Shown: positions 38,597 to 52,133 of the stretch, one piece after another
Position numbering within the stretch: the first letter of the stretch is position 1
How the letters are laid out: each line of letters opens with the position of its first letter
Assembly (NCBI GenBank): GCA_963822445.1
Contig: CAWGHO010000002.1
Location: 32,001 to 96,000, forward strand
Length of the DNA: 64,000 nt
Direction of reading: 5' to 3'
From: an uncultured Acidobacteriota bacterium
Lineage (GTDB): Bacteria; Acidobacteriota; Thermoanaerobaculia; Gp7-AA8
Notes under the pieces: model-generated
What the model was told of the DNA's origin: nothing
Databases searched by the model: none
Seen by the model: the letters and a program-made list of their open reading frames with translations, nothing else
Made by a program: the position numbers and the translations under genes

Positions 38597-40276
38597 GTGG
38601 GTCGCCCACCGGACGACGAAGACGACCTGCTTCGCTCCGTCGCCATCCAGAACGCACAGAGCATCCTCCTGGCGCGACAGCGCGCCGAGCACGACCTCGT
38701 CGCGGCGAAGGAGGCGCTCGAAGCGCGGACCGCGGAGCTCGAGCGCGCCAACGAGTTGATTCGCACCATCGCCGAGAACGCCGCGTCCTGCCTGCTCATG
38801 GTCGACGAGCACGGCATCGCCACCTACATGAATCCGGCCGCGATCGACGAGACCGGCTACACGCTGCAGGAGTTCGCGAAGGCGCCCTTTCACGACGTTC
38901 TTCACGCGCCCGCCGACCGCGGCGGCCATGAGCCCGAGTCGTGTCCGATCCGAATGGCCCGCGAGCGCATGCGCCCGCTCAAGAAACATCGCGACGTCTT
39001 CGTGCGCAAGAACGGCACGACCTTCCCCGTCTCCTGCTCCCTGTCACCGCTGCAGCGCGAAGGTCGCGCCGCCGGTGCGGTGCTGGAGTTCCGCGACGTG
39101 AGCGACGAGCTGGCGGCGCAGAAGGCAATGGAGGATGCGAGCCGCCGCAAGGATCAGTTCCTGGCCACGCTTTCCCACGAGCTCCGCACGCCGATGACCG
39201 CCGTCCTCGGATGGGCGCGCATGCTCAAGCTCGGACTGTCCGAAGCGGACGCGCGTCAGGCTGTCGAGGCGATCGAGAAGAGTGCCGAGATTCAGGCGCA
39301 GCTGATCGACGACGTGCTGGACGTCTCACGCGTCGCCGCGGGCAAGATGACCTTTCATCCGGAGCCGATCGACGTCGCTCCGGCGATCCATGCAGCGATG
39401 AGCACTGTCCACCCGGCAGCGGCGGCGAAGGAAATCGAGATTCTCACGAGCATCCCCCCGCATCTCCCGCGCATCCTCGGCGACGAGGGACGTGTGCAGC
39501 AGATCGTCTGGAACCTGCTCTCGAATGCGGTGAAGTTCACGCCGCGCGGCGGCGCGATCACCCTGCGCGTCGTTCACGCCCGCTCCGTGCTGCGGCTGAT
39601 CGTGCAGGACAACGGCAAGGGCATCGAGGCCGGGTATCTGCCGCACGTCTTCGAGCCGTTCAGCCAGGAAGACAGCTCGATGACCCGCTCGCACGAAGGA
39701 ATCGGCCTCGGACTCTCGATCGTCCGCTCGCTGGTCGAGCTGCACGGCGGACGGATTCGCGCGGCCAGCGACGGCGCGGGACATGGCGCGAAATTCACCG
39801 TGGAGCTGCCGGTGCTCGAGTCATCGCTCGCCGTGAAGGGCAGCTCGACGAAAACCACGACCTCGGTCGTTCCACCATCCGGCGGCGCGGAGTTGCCGAA
39901 GCTCAACGGCGTGCGGGTGCTGGTGATCGACGATCAGTCGTTCGCTCGCGATCTGCTCACGGCGATCTTCCGGCGTGCTGATGCCGAGGTACATGCCGCG
40001 AATTCGGTGCGGGAGGCGCTGGAAGAGTTCCACGCGATGGCACCCGACGTCGTGGTCTGCGACCTGGCCATGCCCGATGAAGATGGCTTCGCGTTCGTGA
40101 GGGCCATCCGCGCGTTGCCGGCCGCGCAGAAGATCCCGGTCATCGCCGTGACGGCGTTCGGCCGGCCGGAAGACCGCCGCCGCGCGCTTGCGTCCGGCTT
40201 CGATGAGTATCTGAAGAAGCCGGTGGAGCCGTTCGAGCTGACCGCGACGGTGTTGCGGTTGTCGAAGATCAAGTAG
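38597..40276 (+). CDS. PAS hybrid sensor histidine kinase/response regulator
   Basis: PAS domain, SHELRTP, NLLSNAVKFT, GIGLGL and a C-terminal REC. Confidence 0.93.
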   Translation: MGRPPDDEDDLLRSVAIQNAQSILLARQRAEHDLVAAKEALEARTAELERANELIRTIAENAASCLLMVDEHGIATYMNPAAIDETGYTLQEFAKAPFHDVLHAPADRGGHEPESCPIRMARERMRPLKKHRDVFVRKNGTTFPVSCSLSPLQREGRAAGAVLEFRDVSDELAAQKAMEDASRRKDQFLATLSHELRTPMTAVLGWARMLKLGLSEADARQAVEAIEKSAEIQAQLIDDVLDVSRVAAGKMTFHPEPIDVAPAIHAAMSTVHPAAAAKEIEILTSIPPHLPRILGDEGRVQQIVWNLLSNAVKFTPRGGAITLRVVHARSVLRLIVQDNGKGIEAGYLPHVFEPFSQEDSSMTRSHEGIGLGLSIVRSLVELHGGRIRAASDGAGHGAKFTVELPVLESSLAVKGSSTKTTTSVVPPSGGAELPKLNGVRVLVIDDQSFARDLLTAIFRRADAEVHAANSVREALEEFHAMAPDVVVCDLAMPDEDGFAFVRAIRALPAAQKIPVIAVTAFGRPEDRRRALASGFDEYLKKPVEPFELTATVLRLSKIK

Positions 40277-40288
40277 GTGTGGTGCACC

Positions 40289-41875
40289 TTAACTTCGTCG
40301 CAACTCCCACGCATGAAACAGTTGCGCGAGCACGAGCATCCCCAGCGCACTCAGCGCATACGCCGCAATCACCGCCGTCGTCGCCGTCCCGAACCAGCCC
40401 GCGAAATCGAGCGCGGGGGAAGTCCCCTTGTCCTGCGTGGCCACGTACCAGAACGTGAGGAAGGCCACGATGAAGGTCTTCGGATTCGAGCTGACGATGC
40501 CGAGCGCTGTCGCCGCGGCACACGTGAACACGAGCCCGACCAGCAGCGCACCAGCCGATGACGGACGAAGAGCGATCGCGCGGGCGAGCGGCAAGCCCAC
40601 GATCGCCAACGCCACGAAGAGCGTGCTGATGAACTTCCACAGCACGAACCGCGTGCGCAGCGACGGCGCGGCGAAGATCAGGGCCATCGTCCCCGCGCGT
40701 TTCTCGCGGCAGGCGATGTCGGCGACGGCGATCGCGCAGACCGCCAATGCGATCGGCAGCACGGCGGTGAACATCGATTGCGAAGCGGCGCTGGACGTCG
40801 CGATCGCGAACACGATCATGGCCACGATCAGGAGCGGAAACGCGGCGATGGTGGTCACCGCGTCGATCGTTGCCGAGCGAATCAACGACGGCTTTCCGCT
40901 GACCGGAATGAGCAACCGCGCCAGGCCGGTGAAGATCCGCGCGAACGGCTTGGCCATCGCGTTGAAACGGCCGATCCAGCTCGTGCGGGCGAGCGTGCCT
41001 GCCGCGCGAAGCCGCGCCGGATCGAAGCGGTGGAAGAAGAGACGCGCGAACACGAGCAGCGACATCGGCCACAGCGTCGCGACGACCCGCTGAATCACCG
41101 ATCGCGCATCGGCCTGTAATCCCGGGAAGACAAACGCCGCCTTCGCCGCGTCGAACGTCGACGACCCGATCGAGAATGAGTCGGTGTTGTAGTAAGTCTT
41201 CATCTGCTCCAGCAGAAAGCCGAGCCCCGAAACGTCAACGTAGGGCGCGACTCCCTTGCCGAAGCGGTTCTCGATCGCCGCGACGCTGCCCATCACTCCG
41301 GCCCATACGAAGAAATAGAGAACGTCGCCGAATTTGGTCCGCAGGATGGGCGTGCATTCGAAGAGGATCGCGATCGCCGAAACGAACACGATCGACGGCG
41401 GCACGAGCAGCAGGTATTGTCTGATGAACACCAGCGGCTCGAGCGGCGCCTCGCCGCGCACTAGCACCATGGCCATGGCCGTGGCCATGAATCCGGCCAT
41501 GAATACGCTGAGGAACACCACGTTCCCCGCGAACTTGCCAACGATGTACTCGCTGCCGCGCATGGTCGTCGAGGCGACGACGTATCCGCATCGCGAGAGC
41601 ACGTCGCGCTTGAGCGCATTCGAGACGACGTAGAACCCGGCCAGGCCGACGAAGATCGTTCCGAGCATTGCCGTGGCCATCCCGATCGCGGCGGAGTTGT
41701 ACAGCGCGCGCTGTCCGTCGATCTGAATGAGCGTGCGGCCCGTCGCCGGATCCGGAATCCAGAGATACGGCAGCGCGGACAACAGGAGAAACACGACCGC
41801 CGTCGATGGACGCCGCAACCGGATCAGGAAGTCCGCTCGAACGACCGCGATCAGACGATGGACGCGCTCGTTCAC
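40289..41875 (-). CDS. ABC-2-type exporter permease
   Basis: Many TM segments and YIVGKF. Coupled to the ATPase gene. Confidence 0.75.
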   Translation of the reverse strand: MNERVHRLIAVVRADFLIRLRRPSTAVVFLLLSALPYLWIPDPATGRTLIQIDGQRALYNSAAIGMATAMLGTIFVGLAGFYVVSNALKRDVLSRCGYVVASTTMRGSEYIVGKFAGNVVFLSVFMAGFMATAMAMVLVRGEAPLEPLVFIRQYLLLVPPSIVFVSAIAILFECTPILRTKFGDVLYFFVWAGVMGSVAAIENRFGKGVAPYVDVSGLGFLLEQMKTYYNTDSFSIGSSTFDAAKAAFVFPGLQADARSVIQRVVATLWPMSLLVFARLFFHRFDPARLRAAGTLARTSWIGRFNAMAKPFARIFTGLARLLIPVSGKPSLIRSATIDAVTTIAAFPLLIVAMIVFAIATSSAASQSMFTAVLPIALAVCAIAVADIACREKRAGTMALIFAAPSLRTRFVLWKFISTLFVALAIVGLPLARAIALRPSSAGALLVGLVFTCAAATALGIVSSNPKTFIVAFLTFWYVATQDKGTSPALDFAGWFGTATTAVIAAYALSALGMLVLAQLFHAWELRRS

Positions 41876-42606
41876 GCGACGGCCTCGATCTTCGCGCGCG
41901 GCGAATTCTTGATGGTGAACAGGTACGCGTCTTCGAGCGTCGGCTGGCCAGCCTCGCGCATCAAAGCCTCGGGCGTCGCCAGCGCGACGAGCGAGCCTTC
42001 TTTCATGATGGCGATCTCGGTCGCGATCGACTCGACGTCCGAGACGATGTGCGTGGAGAGAATGACCAGCCGGCCCATGCCGAGATCGGAGAGCACGTTG
42101 CGGAAGCGGACGCGCTCTTCGGGATCGAGGCCGGCCGTGGGCTCGTCGACGATGACCAGATCGGGGTCGTTGACGAGAGCCTGGGCGATGCCGAGGCGCT
42201 GCTTCATGCCGCCGGAGAACCCGCCGACCGCGCGATTCGCGGCGTGATGGAGGTTCACCATCTCCAGCATTTCCTGGATCTTCGATTTGCTGCGCACGCC
42301 TTTGAGCGCGGCGAAGTAGCTGAGGAACTCGTGCGCGGTGAGGTTGTCGTAGACGCCGAAGTCCTGCGGCAGGTAGCCGAGGCGGTGGCGAAGCTCGTCG
42401 GGGTTGGCGATGACGTCGGTGTCGCGGAAGAAAATCCGGCCTGCGGTGGGCTTGGTGACCGTGGCGATCATCTGCATGAGCGTGGTTTTGCCGGCGCCGT
42501 TCGGGCCGAGGAGACCGAGGACGCCGCCTTTGACGGTCAGGGAGAGATCGCGAACGCCGTAAATACCGGAGCGGAACCGCTTGGAGACGGATTCGATGCG
42601 CAACAT
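41872..42606 (-). CDS. ABC transporter ATP-binding protein
   Basis: GPNGAGKT, FSGGMKQR, IVDEPT and STH. Confidence 0.95.
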   Translation of the reverse strand: MLRIESVSKRFRSGIYGVRDLSLTVKGGVLGLLGPNGAGKTTLMQMIATVTKPTAGRIFFRDTDVIANPDELRHRLGYLPQDFGVYDNLTAHEFLSYFAALKGVRSKSKIQEMLEMVNLHHAANRAVGGFSGGMKQRLGIAQALVNDPDLVIVDEPTAGLDPEERVRFRNVLSDLGMGRLVILSTHIVSDVESIATEIAIMKEGSLVALATPEALMREAGQPTLEDAYLFTIKNSPRAKIEAVA

Positions 42607-42639
42607 GGGCGAGGTATACGGGGTGGCTGAAACGAAGTT

Positions 42640-42726
42640 CTGGAGTGCGGTAGCACAGCTACCGCTCTGGCTTGCGGCGGCATGGCCGCCGCGATTGAGA
42701 GCGGCAGCTTTGCTGCCGCAGTCCAG
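42640..42726. repeat. REP-like composite palindrome
   Basis: ctggagtgcggtagc...gctaccgctct and agagcggcagc...gctgccgcagtccag with a central gcggcggc-atg-gccgccgc hairpin. Confidence 0.75.
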
Positions 42727-42735
42727 AGCTTCGCT

Positions 42736-42963
42736 TCAATGCGTCGATTTCAAGCGCTTCACCAACCGCTCGTGCTCGGCCTCGATCGCCCGAAGCTTCA
42801 TCGCCAGCCGCCGCCTTTCGGTCTCGATCAGCGCGCCGCCGAGCTCGGAGAGTTGCGTGCGCAGCGAGCTCACCGAGTCGCCGATGACGGACAGTTGCAG
42901 CAGAAGCGTGTCGCGGGAAGATTGGAAGGGCATCTGCCGCGAATTCTGCGGGAATTGCGGCAT
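42736..42963 (-). CDS. small coiled-coil hypothetical protein
   Basis: Heptad pattern in a 75-aa ORF. Confidence 0.45.
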   Translation of the reverse strand: MPQFPQNSRQMPFQSSRDTLLLQLSVIGDSVSSLRTQLSELGGALIETERRRLAMKLRAIEAEHERLVKRLKSTH

Positions 42964-43017
42964 TCGATCTTTTCGCTAGCGTAAAGAAAAGGCTCGAAAA
43001 TCGCACATTCTTCGGCC

Positions 43018-43707
43018 GTGTTCGAGAACCAGCTCCTGAAGCGATTTTCGGCCGCGACGCAGGACCGGATGCGTCCGCATCTGCGCGAGATCAAGCCCGC
43101 CCTCGGCGCCGTTCTGCTCGAGCAGGACACCCACTGCCACTACGGCTACTTTCCGCTTCACGGCGGCGTGGTCTCCATGACCCGCCAGGTCGAGGACGGC
43201 ACGATGATCGAGGTCGGCGTGATCGGCTTCGAGGGATTCGCCGGAATCTCAACCCTCCTCGATCCGCGCCGGCAGCTCGATCGCGGCCTGGTGCAGGGCG
43301 ACGGCGGGTTCGTCGAGATTCCCATCGCCTTCCTGCGCGATGAGATCGGCCGCGACGCCGAGCTGCGGGAGCTGATGTTCCGCTACACGGCCGCGTTTCT
43401 GATGCAGGTCGCGCAGACCGCGCTCTGCAATCGCCTGCACAACGTCCAGCAGCGCTTCGCCCGGTGGATCCTGATGATGCACGACCGCCTCGGCGGCGAC
43501 GACCTGCGCATCACCCAGGAGTTCCTCGCGCACATGCTCGGCGTACGGACCGCCGGCGTGAACGAAGCGATTCGCGATGCGGAAGCGGCCGGGCTGATCG
43601 AGCACGGACGCCAGCGGGTGACGGTGCTCGACCGGAAGGGTCTCGAGGCGAAAGCCTGCGAGTGCTACGCGGCGGTGAAGGAAGAGTTCGACCGCGTCAC
43701 TTCTTGA
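43018..43707 (+). CDS. Crp/Fnr-family transcriptional regulator
   Basis: YFP..G, EVG.IG.EG, CNRLH...QRFARW and ITQEFLAHMLGV (HTH). Confidence 0.92.
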   Translation: MFENQLLKRFSAATQDRMRPHLREIKPALGAVLLEQDTHCHYGYFPLHGGVVSMTRQVEDGTMIEVGVIGFEGFAGISTLLDPRRQLDRGLVQGDGGFVEIPIAFLRDEIGRDAELRELMFRYTAAFLMQVAQTALCNRLHNVQQRFARWILMMHDRLGGDDLRITQEFLAHMLGVRTAGVNEAIRDAEAAGLIEHGRQRVTVLDRKGLEAKACECYAAVKEEFDRVTS

Positions 43708-44689
43708 TCGGCAGCCGCACCATTCCCGTGCCGTCGACCACCGAGGACGGCCGCGCGACATGCGCATGGGCGGCGTTGTTGTTGCCGCGGGTGCGCTTGG
43801 CGATCGGAAGGCGGGTGTAGACCTGCGTCGAAAGGATCGACGCGTGGCCGAGAATCTCCTGAATCTCCCTGATGTCGGTGCCGGAGCTGACCAGCAGAGC
43901 CGCCATGGTGTGCCGCAGCGAATGCGGCGTCACGTGCCGTTTGATCTCGGCCAGGCGGACGTGCTTCTTGAAGATGTTCTCGATCGAATAGATGGTGAGG
44001 CGGGTTCCCGAGCGTCCGACGAAAAGCGCCGGCGTGGAGAGCGTCCGCTCACTGCGAAGGTCGAGGTACTGGCGGACGGACTCGAGAACCACGTCCGAGC
44101 CGAGCATGACCAGGCGTCCGCGGGTGGCGCGGCCGGTGATCTGAATCTGGCCCTTGTCGAGGTCGACGTCGCCGATGTTCAGCGCGACGAGCTCGCCGAT
44201 GCGGATGCCCGTCGAGAAGAGAAGCTCGAGGATCACGTTGTCGCGAACCGCGCAGAAGTAACGGTTGCGGCTGCCAGCGGAATGATCGCGGACCGCGGAG
44301 AGCTCGGCGACCTGTTCCTTCGGCGCGGCGAGAAGCGCGCGAACTTCGCGAGTGGAGAGCACGGTCGGAACGCGGTTCTCGACCGGCTTCTTGATCTTCA
44401 ACCGGCGGGCGGGCGACTCGCTGACGATGCCCTGCTCCTCGAGGAACCGGAAGAAGACCTTGATCGCCGCGACCTTGCGGCGGATCGATGTATCGCGGTA
44501 CGGGCCCCCGTCCAGTTTCTGCAGGTAGCCTTCGAGGTGTTCGGGCGTGACCTCGATGGCAAGCGTATCGCTCATGTGGATGTGGAACTGAGCGAGGTCC
44601 GACTGGTAGGCGCGAAGTGTCCGATCTGACAAATTTCGAACGCTTTGGCCGTGCTCGAGGAATTGGGCTATCGCCTGCTGCACGTTCAT
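43697..44689 (-). CDS. XerC/XerD-like tyrosine recombinase
   Basis: N-terminal SAM-like domain (T.RAY.SDL), TGIRIGE, HSLRH, LGH and TQVYT. Confidence 0.9.
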   Translation of the reverse strand: MNVQQAIAQFLEHGQSVRNLSDRTLRAYQSDLAQFHIHMSDTLAIEVTPEHLEGYLQKLDGGPYRDTSIRRKVAAIKVFFRFLEEQGIVSESPARRLKIKKPVENRVPTVLSTREVRALLAAPKEQVAELSAVRDHSAGSRNRYFCAVRDNVILELLFSTGIRIGELVALNIGDVDLDKGQIQITGRATRGRLVMLGSDVVLESVRQYLDLRSERTLSTPALFVGRSGTRLTIYSIENIFKKHVRLAEIKRHVTPHSLRHTMAALLVSSGTDIREIQEILGHASILSTQVYTRLPIAKRTRGNNNAAHAHVARPSSVVDGTGMVRLPIKK

Positions 44690-44828
44690 AGTCACGTCAC
44701 TTATTGAGTTGAATTTGCTGGGTGGGGCCGAGTCGAAGTTTAGCGGGCGCCCGAAGGATGTCAAGAAATTATTTGGTGGATGGAATATGCTGTAAAAGCA
44801 TTGCAGTCCACCAGTTAGCCACGACCCG

Positions 44829-45206
44829 ATGCGCGGACTTCGCCTTTTTGTGCGTCCCATCGACTCCGCGGATCACGCGGCGATCGGTAGATTTTTCGAG
44901 CTTCAGCAGCTCGCGACGCCCTCCCCCCCGGCCTTCGGCCTGGTCGGAAAGCTCCTCGGCGACATCGTCGCGGTGGCCGCCATCGACCTCACCCCGGACG
45001 CCATCCGCATCGACGACATCATCGTGGCGCGCGATCTGCGAAAGAAGCGGATCGGGCGCGTGATGATGCGCGAGATCGAGCAGCTCGCGGCGAAGATGGA
45101 TCGAAGCCGCGTGGTGGTCGAGGACGCCCGCGACGCACACGAATTTTTCCGCCACGTTGGATTCCGGATCGAGGGGGAGCGATGGGTAAGGGACGTTTCG
45201 CAGTAA
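44829..45206 (+). CDS. GNAT-family N-acetyltransferase
   Basis: V..DLRKKRIGR and A..FF...GF motifs. Confidence 0.75.
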   Translation: MRGLRLFVRPIDSADHAAIGRFFELQQLATPSPPAFGLVGKLLGDIVAVAAIDLTPDAIRIDDIIVARDLRKKRIGRVMMREIEQLAAKMDRSRVVVEDARDAHEFFRHVGFRIEGERWVRDVSQ

Positions 45207-47239
45207 TCGGTCTGGCGGTGATGCTCGCGGCATGCGCGAAACCTCCAGCCACCACGCCGCCACCCTCCCCTGCTCCGGCGGCGGTGATCGTCGAAACGCC
45301 ACGCGCGCCTCAAACTCCTCGCGACATCGCCCGTGACGCCCTCGCGCTCTTCGACGCGAAAAAGTACGACGACGCCGTTCCCGCGCTGAGCGAAGCCGCG
45401 GTTGCGTATCCGGAAGTTGCGCCGTTCCTGCGGTTGCGCGTGGCCGAAGCGGAAGTGGAACGCGGAAACGTGCAGAACGCCGCGACGATCCTCACGGAGA
45501 TCGCCGCGCTCGGCGATACGTCGGCGGCGACGGTCGCGCGGTTGCGACTCCCCGGGGTGCTCGCGCGAACCGGTGATGCGACTGCGACGGACGCCGCATG
45601 GCAGCAGGCCATGCAGGTCGCGATCGATGAGCTGACCGAATCGGATTTCACGTCCATGGCCACCGCGCTCGCGAACGCCGGCCGCGCCGATCTTGCGACG
45701 CGCACGCGGATGCGCCTTGTCAACGACTACACCTCCGGCCGGTTCACCGAGGAAACGTACGACCACTTGCGGGCGGAGATCGAGAAACTGCCGGCCGCGG
45801 AGCAGCTCGCCATCGGCGCGAAGCTCGCGCGAGCGAACCGGTACGACCAGGCCCTGGAGATCCTCAATCGCGTCGGCGCGGGCCCAGAAGCGCGGGCGAC
45901 GCGGATTCGCGCGCTGTTCAACTCGCGGAACTACACGCAACTGCTCGCGGAAACGCCGGTCGGAACGCTGACCGATCCCGCGCTGATCCTTCTTCGCGCC
46001 CGCGCGGCGTGGCGCGACGACCTGCCCGAGGAGATGCTCGCCGGAGTCGCGCGGATCGAGACGGAATTTCCGTCCAGCCCGCAGCTGGCCGAGGCGAAGG
46101 TGATGCGGTCGAAGTACTACGTGACCGACGTCGTCGATTACCCGAAAGCCATCGCCGACCTCACCAGCGCCATCGAAGCGGGCGCCGTCGGAAGCGACGG
46201 CGAGAACATCTGGAACCTCGGCTACACCTACACCCTGTGGGGCAAGTACGAAGACGCGCTCACGGTGTACGACCGCTACATCCGCTCGTATCCGGACGGC
46301 GACTGGAAAACGAACTCGCTGTTCTGGTCGGCGAAGATCCTCGACAACTTGGGCCGCCCCGCGGAACGGGATGCGAAGGCGGCGCAGATCGTCGCCGAGT
46401 ATCCGCACAGTTACTACGCGTATCGCGTGAAGGAGCTGTGGCCGTCCGTTGCCGGGACGCCGCTGGCCGCGTCGAATGTGTTTCCCGACGTCGGAGCGGA
46501 GCTCGCGAAGATTACCGATCCACGATTCTCGACCGTGCGCGCGCTGCTCGACGTCGGCCTCAATCGCGCCGCCGCGCGGGAAATGAAGCTTCTGGCCACG
46601 AAGTACGCGGACAACCTCGGCGTGCAGTACATGCTGGCCGACGTCTACGTGCAGGGCGGCGAGCCGTTCAAGGCCAACGGCGTACTGCAGCGCCAGTTCC
46701 GGCCGTTCATCCGCCACGGCGGGACGAACGTGCCGCCGCGGTTCTGGCAGATCCTCTATCCGCTCGCGTACTGGGAGACGATCCAGAGCGAGGCCCAGCG
46801 CCGGTCGCTCGACCCGTATCTCGTTGCTTCGGTAATCCGGCAGGAGAGCGGCTTCGAGCCTTCGACCGTTTCGAACGCGGGCGCGGTCGGGCTGATGCAG
46901 ATCATGCCCGCCGAGGCGTCGCGGATCGCCGAGGTGGGTGGGCTGGAGATGGTGACGCGGCAGGACCTGTTCGATCCGCGGAAGAACATCGCCGTCGGCG
47001 CCGCGGAGTTCCGCCAGAAACTCGATGCCTGGAACGGTAATCGCGTGCTGGCCATCGCCTCGTACAACGCCGGGGAGGAGCCCGTGAAGGGATGGATTGC
47101 CCGGACGCCGCTCGACGACATCGACCTGTTCATCGAGTCGATTCCCTTCGCGGAGACAAGGCTTTACGTGAAGACGGTGACGCGGAACCGGTCGGAGTAT
47201 CAGCGGATTTACGAGGGGGCCGCGACGCCCGCCCCGTGA
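45182..47239 (+). CDS. TPR-containing soluble lytic transglycosylase lipoprotein (Slt-like)
   Basis: Lipobox LAAC, IRQES, GLMQ, SYNAG and ETRLYV. Confidence 0.92.
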   Translation: MGKGRFAVIGLAVMLAACAKPPATTPPPSPAPAAVIVETPRAPQTPRDIARDALALFDAKKYDDAVPALSEAAVAYPEVAPFLRLRVAEAEVERGNVQNAATILTEIAALGDTSAATVARLRLPGVLARTGDATATDAAWQQAMQVAIDELTESDFTSMATALANAGRADLATRTRMRLVNDYTSGRFTEETYDHLRAEIEKLPAAEQLAIGAKLARANRYDQALEILNRVGAGPEARATRIRALFNSRNYTQLLAETPVGTLTDPALILLRARAAWRDDLPEEMLAGVARIETEFPSSPQLAEAKVMRSKYYVTDVVDYPKAIADLTSAIEAGAVGSDGENIWNLGYTYTLWGKYEDALTVYDRYIRSYPDGDWKTNSLFWSAKILDNLGRPAERDAKAAQIVAEYPHSYYAYRVKELWPSVAGTPLAASNVFPDVGAELAKITDPRFSTVRALLDVGLNRAAAREMKLLATKYADNLGVQYMLADVYVQGGEPFKANGVLQRQFRPFIRHGGTNVPPRFWQILYPLAYWETIQSEAQRRSLDPYLVASVIRQESGFEPSTVSNAGAVGLMQIMPAEASRIAEVGGLEMVTRQDLFDPRKNIAVGAAEFRQKLDAWNGNRVLAIASYNAGEEPVKGWIARTPLDDIDLFIESIPFAETRLYVKTVTRNRSEYQRIYEGAATPAP

Positions 47240-47308
47240 TCGCGCTCACAGTTATTGAGCGACCTGGCACGCCGTTTGGGTGGGCCTGACGTTCATGAAG
47301 GTGTAGTC

Positions 47309-48704
47309 ATGAACGCAACAAAGTTCGCCGTTCTGGTGTTGGTCACCTCCCTTCTCGCTACTTCTGCAGCCGCAACCACCCAACTGGTTCTCGACCGCGA
47401 CGCTCGGCAGAGTCCCGACATTCAGTACAGCGGCGTCGTCGACCTGGCCATCAATCCCGGATTCGACAACGCCAAAGTCTCCGTCGTCGTGGATGGCCAG
47501 AAAATCGTCGACGGCCTTCTGTCGCCGTATCACGTGATCGTCGACTTCGGGCCAACGGCGGTGCAGCACAAGATCACCGTCACGGCCACGGCGCCGAACG
47601 GCAAGCGGACGCAGTGGAGCGAGACCGTGAACCGCGGCTACCTTCCGCTGTCGCTCAAGGTGAAGTCCGTCGATGCCGAAGCCCGCCTCTTCGAAGCGGA
47701 GACGACGTCGCCGAAAGACGATCCGATCGAAGTCGTGCAGCTCTGGGAGAACGGCCAGGTCATCGCCACCGTGAATGAAGCGCCGTATCGCTTCACCGTT
47801 CCGGAATCAGTCGCCGCGTCCGGATTCGTGCAGATCACCGCGAAGACGAAGTCCGGCGACGAGGCGGCGGACTTCTGGTCGGCCGCGGGAAACGTGCACA
47901 GCGAAGAGCTGCAGGTGCGAACCGTGCCGATCTTCGTATCGGTCGTCGATCGCAACGGCAACACCCGCACGGACGTTGATCGCTCCCAGTTCCGGATCAT
48001 GGACGAAGCAGCGGAAGGAAGGATCATCGAGTTCGGCAAGGCGTTCGATCAGCCGATCTCCATCGCCCTCGTCCTCGACGCCTCGGCCAGCATGATGTAT
48101 TCGATGAAGCACGCCACGAGGGCCGCGGCGGACTTCGTCGCCAGCGCGCTGAAGGACGGCGATCGCTGCAGCGTCACCGCGGTGCAGGACGTGCCCCGCC
48201 GCAAACAACCGCTGACCGCCGACCGCGCCGCGGTGGCGAAAGCGCTCAACGGCATTCAGCCCGATGGCCGCACCGCGTTGTATGACGCCGTGGCCAGCGC
48301 GATTCGCGAGTTGCGCGAGGAGAAGAGCCGCCGCGCGATCGTGATCCTCACCGACGGAAGCGACACCGCTTCGACCTGGTCGTATCGACGAGGTCCAGAA
48401 GCTGGCCCGCGAGGCCGCGATCCCGCTGTACTTCATCGCCTACGAAGGCGGCGAGGAGGAGCTGCACCGCAAGCTCGATCGCCTTCGCTACCTCGCCGCC
48501 GAGACAGGCGGCTTCGTCGCCACCGCCACGCAGCAGAACCTCCTCGCGAAGTACACGGACATCGAGAAGGACCTCCGCGCGCAGTTCGCGATCACCTACC
48601 AGGTATCCGATTTCGCGAAGACGAACCAGTACCGGCGGGTGCGGGTGATGATCGATTCGCCGAAGCTGAGCGCGCGGACGATCAAGGGCTACTTCACGCC
48701 GTAG
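47309..48704 (+). CDS. exported VWA-domain protein; frameshift at about 48385
   Basis: Signal peptide, LDASAS (MIDAS), TALYDA and LTDG. The C-terminus in another frame reads LAAETGG...LRAQF.ITY...KGYFTP*. Confidence 0.85.
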
Positions 48705-48724
48705 CGGCGATAAGACTCCGCCTC

Positions 48725-52132
<3,408 letters not shown>

Positions 52133-52133
52133 C

